Made by a program: the position numbers and the translations under genes. From positions 124,001 to 188,000 of the forward strand of contig JASANG010000932.1 in NCBI GenBank assembly GCA_030248215.1: 64,000 nt of DNA, read 5' to 3'. Positions within the stretch are counted from its first letter, which is position 1, and every line of letters starts with the position of its first letter. Under the pieces are notes generated by a model. It was not told the DNA's origin. It worked only from the letters and a program-made list of their open reading frames with translations, and searched no databases. The DNA is from Enoplolaimus lenunculus. Its lineage: Eukaryota. Positions 11,578 through 22,700 of the stretch are shown here, piece after piece.

Positions 11578-13767
11578 CCTAGTGCATATGCAATAAACGT
11601 TATGCACATTGTGTTGTACGCTTGCTGGCAGCATACTGTCGACACATATAGTCGACGATAGAAACAGTCGAAAAGGCGGGCTGCGTGGCGCAGTGGTAGG
11701 GTATTCGCTTAAGAATCCATAAGCTGAACGTTCGATCTCCGCTCCAGAAGGTTACTATCTAGACTAACATGTGGGCTACGCCATGAGCGCAATGGTAAAT
11801 TGTCGCGCTATGAATACGGTATCCAGTCGAAAACACGATGGACGGTCAGGGGACGCTCTTTTTGAAAATAAGGGCGTGAAAGCTAAGCATGTGATACATG
11901 TTTGTCCGTTATGCGCACATGCAATATCGTGCAGTGCACTGAATGTGTGTTAGATGACAGCATACGGTGGACACATATAGTCGACGAAAAATGCAGTTGG
12001 AAAGGCAGGAAGCCCGCTTTCCCAGCTGCTAAGTTAAAAGGTCTCATGTCCCGGCTCCTACCTAGATTGACACTATAGAACTATTGTTAGACTGTGCCAT
12101 TAAACAGAACACAAACTTCTGTTTGATAATGTTTGTTCCGGCTAATTGTACGGCTATATTTTGTTTTTTTATTAAACCTCGTCGACTGGTTGAAATTAAT
12201 AACGAGGCGTCTTCCTACACGGAATTAAGCTTCACAGACCACTAGCTATATCCGCATTAGAGCACATCGGTTATTTCATGTTGAGGAATAATAAACATTC
12301 TGACAACCTTTTATGGTCAGACCCGTAGCATGCTCACCATGTCAGAGGTAGGCTAAAAATTATGCAGAAGGGGCACACAAATGTATTAGTTGACTTACAA
12401 GCAAGATTGAAAATTTTCTAGGGTGCACATATTTTTCAAGTGGACTGAGCGCCCCCTGGTGCCCTTGGATACGGCCCTTTTTTGGTGTCGCAAGTCACAA
12501 CAAATATCCTTCTATACGCAAAAATACTTTAAGTGTTCCATCAAAGGTACATGCCGATGTGTTTGACCGATAGCGTAGATGAGCGTGTAATAAAAATGCA
12601 AAAAATTTGACTCAAAAACTATTTTGAGATGCTTCTTTTCCATTTCAACACAAGTCTATCACCGGCAACAATTAAGTTCCTGGCTGTGGAAGTTAAGCTC
12701 ACACTGATTTTCATTTTACTTATTGAAGTGATAAATTACTGCTAATTAAGAAACAGCATGATGTTATTTTAATTTTCAAACCAACTTTATATCCAAGGCC
12801 TTGAGACGATATTGTTTGTGTCATACGCGCAGATAGGATTTTCCTTCAAACATAAAATTTTTCCAAGCCATTGGAGGTGTTTGGTTCTTTTGCAACTGGC
12901 TTTGGCTACGCCCCTGGTTCGTTTTTCTATTGTGATAACTTCCACTTTTGTTGTCGAATTCTGGATACATAATTCTGCTTTACTTAAATTCTTTGCTAGT
13001 AACTTTCGAATATATCATTCGTCCGTTGTAAGTTTGGAAAATGTTGATAAACAACATCAACTAAGCTAAGTTCTTGGAAGTTTTTTGTGCTGTCGTTTAA
13101 CAGGATCTTTTGTTAGTATACAGTAGAAGTAAGCCACAGTGCTCAATTGACCTGTTATTGAGCAAGGATGTGAGACATGGTGTCCTGGTGCATATGCAAT
13201 GTGTGCAATCCACATTGTGTTGTATGCTAGCAAGCAGTATGTGGTCAACATATAGTCACCGATGAATGCAGTTGTACAATCGGACTGCGTGGCGCAGTGG
13301 TAGAATGCTTGCTTAAGTATCTGCACGCTTGACTGACATGGGATTACGCAGTGAGCGCAGTGGTAAATTACCGCGCTATGAACACGCTATCTAGTTGAAA
13401 ATAGATGGAAGATCAAGGGACAACCTTGTTGAACATTGGGGGCGAGTAAGCATGTGAGACGTGCTTGTCCTGGAGCATACACAATGTACGCAATGCACAT
13501 TCTGATGTATGCTAGCAGACAGCATGTGGTTGACGTATAATCGACGATGGATGCAGTTGGAGAAGCGGACAATTATGCGGAGTGGTAGAATGTTTGCTAA
13601 AGGCTCTGTAGGCTTGAAGTTCGATCTCCGCTCTGTATGGCCTTTTTTCTAGCTGCTTAATGAAAAGGTTTAAAGTCGGTCCCTACGTAGACTGACAGCT
13701 GAGAGCAACCGTAGTCAAGCCCCAGTTTTAAGGTTTGATATTGTTTCAGACTCTGTAAACAAAACTG

Positions 13768-16700
13768 ATGGCGGCGCTGAAGTCTAGTTTGCTAAAGGTT
13801 TGTACGGTCATACTAATAATTTATCTTTATGTTATGTTTCTATATGCGTTTATTTGGCCTTTTCATGGCGACTTCTAAATTGCATTAACATGGCAGTTAT
13901 TGAGCTGAGCTGGTACGCTGGTATGAATGCGTGAAATAATTAAACCATTTGGATGCATTCATCTATTGTCATGGATTGTTTTAGAGTCAGAACAACGTCA
14001 AATTTGATGATGAATGGTCAATGATAAGACCTGTTGTGCTGAAAGTTTTGAATCAAGAACGCGTAACACAAAGTGAATGGCAAGATTTGTTTTGGTGTGT
14101 TTTGATTCTTTGTAAACGTTGAGCAAGGCTTTAAGGTTATCTTATTGAACCTGTTTAATTCATTTTTTCGCTAACCATGATAAATGATGTATATGTAACC
14201 CGTTTGGCAATAAATCAGGTGTTTAAAATTCACGTTTGTAAATCAGTATAAATATATCCGTAAGTATTGGTAAAAAGTATGCTAGACTAGAGGTTCGCTG
14301 GGTTCGATTTGTATGTCATTCTAGGTAGGGACCGGCATTCAGATCCTTTTACTAAGCTGCTGGAAAACAGGATTGCGGGGGTGGATCTAACTTGCAACCA
14401 AAAGATCTTTAGGCAAATGCTGCAGTGCTGCACCACTGCGCCATACAGCACTCATCTTTAACTACTTTTATCGTCGATTATTTATGCCGACCGTATGCTT
14501 CCGGCTAGCATACGTACAACACACAACATGCATTGCATATATTGCATAAGTATACATACACGTGTACTAAAGGGATACAAAACACTTTGAATTTGGCGTG
14601 TATTTTGATATTTCACGGTTGTAAGTCCCACCAGTTTTGTAACTATCGAGCCGATGAGGACTATACTATGAAATGTTTCTCCATTTAGAAATTCGGTCTC
14701 ACGCTGATGAATGATGATAGGTCCTGTATTTGCCATAAAGATATGTATCTGTAGTTTCCTTAGACTGTTTGTGAGTGAGGCAACCTTTTCCTAGTTGTGG
14801 TGATAAGGTAAGTGTCGAATTTTGATTGTACATGGAAATTCATGTTTATGACGACCCTCAGTTTAGCCTGGTGTAAATTGTATGATGCAAATCTACACAT
14901 TGTTTTGCGCTTACAAGGGGGAGAAGAAAGTGGGGAGAGCCTACTGGGGGTAGCGGTAGCGGATGGAACGGCGGAAGAGAACTAGATTGTGAGGCACTCC
15001 GCACTAGTGAAACCCCAGATTTTTGCTGCAAGTGTAATCGTCGAATTATTTTGAGGCGTGTACATTCATTAACGTCATGGGTGGAGAAAGGCGCTGCGCT
15101 TATGCTCGAAATGCTACAGAAAGAAGTTGTGAATTATGTTCTGGGAGCGCATGCGGTATATATTGTTTGATTTATATACAAGATTTAGCCAGGGGGTTCA
15201 GGTATCGACCCTTCCCCCGTTTTTGGGATTTCTGTACTGGAGTTGTTAAATGCGGACTGAGTTTGTAGCACAATAAACCGTCCTTTGAAACTTTATAAAA
15301 CGTATCTACCCTTTTCAAAATCCTGGCTATGCCTGTGTTTAGTTTTCATATTCGTGTTCCTGTTCCTGCTTTGAAAAACGCGGGAACCGGAATTTATACG
15401 GTTTTGTTACAAATTACTTATGCGTAACCATTTTAAACACTAAAAAATTTTATTTTTAAGAAAGAGTTTTTTCGAAATGAATGTTTTTACAATTTGTTCA
15501 TCTTCTGAATTAGAGCTGTTAGAGTACTAGTCTGAAGTGTTTTCGCATAACTTCCTGGTACGTCGTTGAAAACTCGCTAAGCCAGCTTTGGTTAGTTTTC
15601 TAAACAGGAAAACAGTAATTCGGTGATGGAAATTATTTCGAATTCCTGTTTCCGTTCCTTCAAAAAGTCAATTACTGCTCTTGTTCCGACAAAATTTGTT
15701 TCTGTTGGTACCCTAATTTCTATACTGAGCTAAGGTTTTTAGGTTTTGATCTGTTTTGTTATGTTAACCGTATCACGTATGTTATGTGAAAAATTGGAGG
15801 GTTTATAATTTTTACAATTATTGCTTACCGTTGACGAATAACGATTAACCAAAGGTTTGTGCTTTTGCTGTTGAAAATTTACGTGAAAATCAAAGTAAAC
15901 CTTAGGCAAACGTTAAATTCTAAACGCAGCTACTTGGGTGCAAACATTAGTAAAATTCCGCACAAAGGAGAAAGATACTTTCACTTTTTTCAGAGGATCA
16001 TGCTGTATCAAGAAGATTCTGAGAGTATGCTTAAAGCGTATATTCAAGAATGGCAACAGTTTTTCACGCAGTCAACTTATCTGCCAATGCCCTTTGGTCA
16101 GCTCGGTACGTAACTGTTGTATTTTGACTATCAGCATTTATATATAACATATAACTATTTCGCATCCAAGATATTTCTAGTCAATGAGTGCAAATTTATT
16201 TATTTGATTTTTCAACATAACGTATCATTTGTTTTTGGTTTTTCGAATAGGTGTAGCCATAGTGCAGTGACTGATAACATTCCAATTTTATGATTGATTA
16301 ACTTGGTGTTTGTTTATTTTTATAGTGCGTCATGAACATAATGTTTCTATGCACACATAAAATACGTTTGTTTTGCATTTTGTTTTGCAGAACATCATTT
16401 AGTTGGACGATCGCCAAATATGCAAACGAAGAATCAACAAAATCAACTGGGTGTTTCAAAATCTGGACCAGCTGCGATTCAGGAAGAAAGCATTGTGCGA
16501 AAGGTACGTATTAAAACTTTACGTCTAGTTATTTGTGTTCGTGAGGAGTATTTTTACCAAGGTGCTTAAATATTGTTGTAAAATCAGCAGACTTGTGCTA
16601 AAGACTTGAATGTCTGAGGTTAATATTTTAGATGATGTTGGACAATTGGAATCGTTTGATATTTGTATCAATACAAGATCGGTTACTTGACTCCGCGTTA

Positions 16701-19700
16701 CAGCTGGTTGCGACAGAACGAAACGGGGGTTGTTTTGATTCGCTTCTTGTCATTGGTGTCAGACAGTCTTACGGTGAGTTGGTCATTATTTGTTGACAGA
16801 TTGATTAATCTAGTGTCTGTATTCTGAAGTATGTAGACACGTATCGCCAGTTGGCTGTAGTGAATATCGGTCTGCGAAACAAGTACATTTTTTCGCTTGA
16901 TTTGCGTTGACCTCTATGCATATTGTGAGATACGCATTTGCCACAGTCCTCTTGATTGAAAACCTACTGTTAACTGGGCTTGAGTAATGCGCTGAACGCA
17001 GACTTGCCAAACTTCGTTTGCTATGCCGATTGAACTTGTCATTGGAAGCAGAAACGGAATATGAAATTGTTTTGAATCTGAATTCTAACTGGAATCGAAA
17101 TTTCGTTTGCACCCATTTTAGTGTTATATTGCCATGCAACTGGCGTTATGTTCTGTAGCGCTGGCTACACAACTAGCCTGGTGATCTCTTCTTTGTTTCA
17201 GTTTGTTTATGTACTGACAGCGCAGATCGTCTTTCTGTCTATCGTAAAGTATTCGAATCCGCGTACATCAAAGCAACCGAAGACTATTATCGCACACAAG
17301 CGGCACGATTTTTAGAGTCAAACGATGTCGAAGCTTATATGCAGTACGTTGATAATCGACTCAAAGAAGAGCAGATTCGCGCAAATCGCTTTTTAGAAAC
17401 GTCGTACGATAGCAATTCTGTTCAGCTGGTAAGTTGAATTTCAACTTTTGTATATATAGTTCAAGTCTGAAGGCGTGGAGGTATAAAAAGTTGATATTCA
17501 GTTTGAAGGGATAAGTGATATTCATACGTAAGTGTTATTGTAGAGATGAAAACGTGCAGCTGTATATTGTGGATTTTTGTTAGCAGATTTTGTTCGTGCA
17601 AATTACAGCTGCAAGTTATCGATGCAAGAACTTCGCACGTATGCAAGAACCAGTTTGTAGTAGTAAAATACCTTAATCTCGATGCAAAGCAACAACACCA
17701 CTGTCGTGTACAATGTGTTGGAGCAGTTAATAAGTTTCCTTGTTTACACCAAGAACATTGCTGCCTTGGGGATCAACTACTTGCTTTATGATACTACTGT
17801 TTCAGCTGATAGAAAAGTGTGTTCAAGTGCTTGTCGTTGCGTTTCAAGATCAAATCTGGGCTGAATGCCTTAGAATGATCAGTAGCAACGAAACTGAAAG
17901 TTTGTGTTGTTCTCGTGTATATGTTGTTAAGCAAGAGTGTAGCCAAAGGAGTTAGAAATCAACCCTTTCCGTTTTAACACAAGAAATTTCTCGTTCGAAA
18001 TTTGTACACAATGTAGCGGATTAACCATGCTGTTTTGGGATTTTAGTGAAGGATGTTTTAGATACATTATCGGCGTGTAACACAAAAAACTCTCCGTTCG
18101 AAATTTTTGCAGAACGTAAAACGTACACCGTTTCCAAAATTATGGCTACGCCTATGGTGTTTAAATGTATTTCCCGTGTTTTTGGTTTGTGGCTGAATAA
18201 CTGGATTATTCTTGCATTGATACAAAAGGGTTTGAAGTTTTATTTAGTAATGTTAATATGTTAATCTGATTTACAGAAAACAGACTCCTGGCACATATGG
18301 GGCAATGTTTTTTCAATAACCTTTCTCAAAATCAACCCTTGAGGCCAGCAACATTGAGTGGAATTCAGTCCAAAAAATTATTGAACAACATCACAACGCT
18401 TTGTGCTGTTCGATACATAAAAATTAGCTTCATTATGTGTACAATTGATTTTCGGCTGTTATTATTTGTTTGCAGAGTTGAAACTGATGTTTCGTTTACT
18501 TGATCGCACTCCGAACGGTATCGGTCCAATATTATCTCATCTTGAATCTCATATTTGTAATCAAGGTCTTGCCGATATGTTTGCAAATGCTCAAAATATT
18601 ACTTCAGTAAGTTCAGTTTTAGTTGTAGAGTGGCGGTTTCAGTCGTTTCTTAAGATCAAATCATGTTGTGTTATGAGTAGTATAGTTCGGATGATTACTC
18701 ATGAGTAGCATTTGCGAGCATGTTGGTTTGACTGAGGGCACTGACTACAATTTCTAATAGGCTCTAGCACCAGAGGGATAGGCGTTTTGTAGCAAATGGG
18801 TGCTACTAGCTTAATTTGATGATGAACAAGTATTGTTAGCTGTGCGTAGCACTTATTGTCAGTTAGTCATAAGCGTTCAAACAGTCGATATAGCACAGCT
18901 ACGGGTCTGATATTTCGCGTAAATACGTGGCTAATCTTATGCAAAAATTTGTAAAGATTTTGAAGCGGGCAATTCGCTAATATTATATAGTTACGACGAG
19001 AGCCATCATCAAATGATAATGGATGCTACGCTGATTTTAGAATACGCGCCAAGATTTTAAATGTGATACTGTATTGTAATGTTGACAGGATTCTGAAAAA
19101 TATGTTCAACAATTATTATCAATGTTCGAACGATTTAGTTTGTTAGTCAAAAACGCGTTTTACGATGATCCTAGATTTCTTACTGCCCGAGATAAAGTAA
19201 GTGTTCTGTGATGGTTGATGGTCACCGGTTTTCACAGCCTATGCTACTGATTTTAACCTGGTATATGAGCGGCTTGAAATTTACTAGTCGGATGTTGTTA
19301 GTGTTTGGATACGTAATGAAAACGGTGTGGTGTATTTTTCTGCGGTTGCAAATGGGTACACTGATGGTCCCAGCAATACTTTTCAAGCTGGCTCACTTTA
19401 TTTTTCGCACTTTAAACATCTACTGCCTACGAAAGTATTTTGAGCTTAAGCGCCTGTGTAACGCGTTTGCCTTCTGTAGGCCGCCCTTCAGTGTCTTAAT
19501 ATGTGCTCTGTACTTTAATTCATATTTTTGTATTTGTAACGTGGTTTTCTTTTCAGGCGTTCAAAGAAGTGGTTAATGATACTACTGTATTTAGATTAGA
19601 GCTTCCTGTTACGAAAAATCGAAGGTGAGTCAATTGATGTGTCATAGGCTATGGCCGGAAAGATGTCACTAAGGCTGTGTTATAGTTGTATGATTTTCTG

Positions 19701-22700
19701 AAAATTTTGGCTATCGTATCGCTACTGCAACAACCAAAATTTTTAAATGTAAAACATAATATTACCAGGGCCGGATGCAGGGAAGTCAATGGGCGCTCAC
19801 AAGCCGCCCCTCGTCTGAACAAATAATGTTAAATATAAAAACGAAAACCTTCCAGGCGGACGGCATTTTGTCGGGTGACTGCGCCAAAGTGTCGATCTGT
19901 GCGGCTACGCGCCACAAAACTTGTCTACTTCTAATGTTTACATATTGTGTGTTCCTTGCGTTTATCAGTATGTTTTGTGGAATTCAAACATTGCACCATA
20001 ATCTCGAATTTGTTGAAGTTTAACTGTATAACATAATATGAAATCTTGTGATAACGTGAAATCAATGAGCACTCGACATATTAGAACATTGTTGTACCGA
20101 GTTCCTTGATGTACGATTTATACATTTGTTTGTAACAGTTATCAAGCTTGAGTTCAGTCATTGGTTTTTATAACGATGTGTAAATTAAAATAGTTCTTGT
20201 TTGTTTATTTATTTATTCATTATTAATTTATTTATTTTTATTTATTTATTTATTTATTTATTTCAGTAGTTTAACAAAGTAAGACGAAGAAGTGGTTTAT
20301 GGTGTAGTTGTGTAAATATACAATGACTTCTTTTACCCACATAATATTTTTGTATCATCTATCAGAACGGGTGAAACAGCGTTATAGCGGCTGTGGATAA
20401 TGGTCAATGTTATAATTTTGTCTTTAGTGGAATTGGCAACAGTACAAAGACGCAACCAGAATCAAAATGTCCTGAGCTGCTGGCCAATTATTGCGATCTT
20501 TTGTTGCGAAAGTCACCGCTGTCCAAAAAGTTGACAAATGATGAGATTGAGTCAAATTTGCAAAACGTGGTACGTTTTTTAATATTGTTGTTATTAACCA
20601 GACTTGTATCCGTATTTTAATGTTTGGAGATTTCCCTGGAGTTGCGCTTTGAAATTTCCCAGTATCAAAAAATACTGTTTTTTTTTTAAAATATTTGTTA
20701 AGCTTTATTAACATGTGCAAATTTTTGCAGTAAGAACACGCAGCTACAACGTGCACAAATAACTTGCAACTGCAAGTAATTGCAATTCATTCCCAATCTT
20801 GACATGAATTCAAATGAATAATTTGCAGATTGCTGGAATAAACATCAAACGTAAGCTACAGATTATCAGTCTAACCAATGACCATAAATTAATTTTTATA
20901 TGAATTAATTCTCGGCGTATATTCATTATGAATAAATTGCAGCTGCAAGTTTCAGCTGCAAGAAACGTTCACGTGCAAGTAAGGTTTTCCTCGAAAGTTC
21001 TTGACATGAAACCGCTTTGAAAGCCTACAATTTCTGTTTAGTATTCAATATATGTGAAACTAGTCCAGTCGGCCTCGCCATACACTGCGAAATATCAGAC
21101 AAATTTGTTATTTGAAATTTAAGCTTCTTGAATAAATTCAAAAAATCGGAATTAATGTAGAAGCTCTCAACAACATATTGTCTTGACAATCTTAAACTGA
21201 AAAGTTCCCGTTTTAAAACGAATGTTGTAACCACTACTGAATTGTGAGCATGCGGTGCGTGAATATTTTAGCATATGGTGACAGCTTCGGATTCGGTATT
21301 TGTTCTACCGTCCAGATTGGTTGGTACACAATGGACGTTTAACATTGACATCAGTAATATCAACTATAATAATTGTATTACAGCTGCTAGTACTGAAATA
21401 TGTTCAAAACAAAGATGTGTTCATGCGATACCACAAAGCTCATTTAGCACGTCGGCTAATACTGGACGCGTCTGCTGATAGTGAAAAAGAAGAAACAATG
21501 GTCACAAAATTAAGGGTATGTTTTGCTTAATCTTCGAACTTTACTGTTAAAAAAGTTTTTTTCATTCAACGTTTGTGTTGATAAAACTGTTGCCAGCGTT
21601 ACCAATTACATGAGATTCGATGCTCGACGATTGCTGTTTGCATTTTCATTTAGTTTTGTTCGAATTAATTTTTATAATTTCTTTAAAAAATGTTTTTACA
21701 CTTGAAAACATTTTATGATTTAACACGCAATTTTCACATAATGAAGAATCCTCTTTAATAACAACATCATAACGCGCTGCCCACGAAATGTGATAGTCTC
21801 GAGTTACAAGATGAATTTGTCAGTAATGATATATTTACAAATAATTGGCGATTTATTCTCAAGATGTGTGTAACACCTGTCACCAGTTGGCAATAGGTCT
21901 TGTACCTTTAGAATGAATGATTGGAGACAATCAAACTATGCGGAATTTCATATCCGAAGCGTTGGCAAAATAATTGTTTGAGCACCTATTAGTACCTGGC
22001 AACTGGTGCTACACTAGTTGAAATTACAACTCCGTGTGTAAATTAAGAGACTGCATTTGTTTTTATCTTGCAATCCTGAGTTATAATATTAAGTTTAGAA
22101 GTGAAGCATTGAGAATTGTTTGTTCTTTCATTAAATTGTTATTCTGAACAGCCTGTTAGGGCTTTTTGTTTCAGGAAGCAGGTATGCCAGCTGATTATAT
22201 TAACAAACTTTATCGCATGTTACTGGACATTGAAGTGAATCGTGATTTGAATAAAGTTTTCAAAGCGATTACGTCGCCAAACAGTCCGTCTACATCTGCC
22301 GAATGTAATATTACAAACAATAATACAATACATTTAAACAACAACAACAACAATCCTACTAATGTTTTGCCAAGAAATGGTTAGTTCTCAGAATGGACGA
22401 ATATGTTTTGAAAAATTTAATAGCAGGCTGGGCTGTAGGTCAAATTTGAGGATTTTTAAGCAACGCGGAAGCCTGCATAGGAATAATATTTGTAGCACAT
22501 CAAATTGAATATAGATTCTGTGTGAGTTATTAAAACATTATGTATACGTTGACATCTCGCCTGAAGTTGAACAACTTCTCAATCTTGAGTAAACAAAATA
22601 CGTTCATCAGTAACGCAGCTGTTATCAGATCTTTTCATTGATGTAATCTTCGACATGATCAGGAGGATATTGTGGAACTAAAAATAAAATATAAAATGAA

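Larger units (their letters stand above)
9739..14560. repeat. Cluster of about 300-450 bp repeats each containing a tRNA-like (A-box/B-box) module
   Basis: Recurrent blocks GGGCTACG..AGCGCAGTGGTAAATT, AAGCATGTGAGACATGCTT, GTATGCTAGCCGGCAGCATAC, GGCTRCGTGGCGCAGTGGTA and terminus CCTACCTAGACTGACA. Minus copies at 9739-10046 and 14315-14560. Plus copies or partials at about 10250-10512, 10513-10991, 11040-11769, 11770-12072, 13160-13337 and 13338-13697. Confidence 0.85.
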
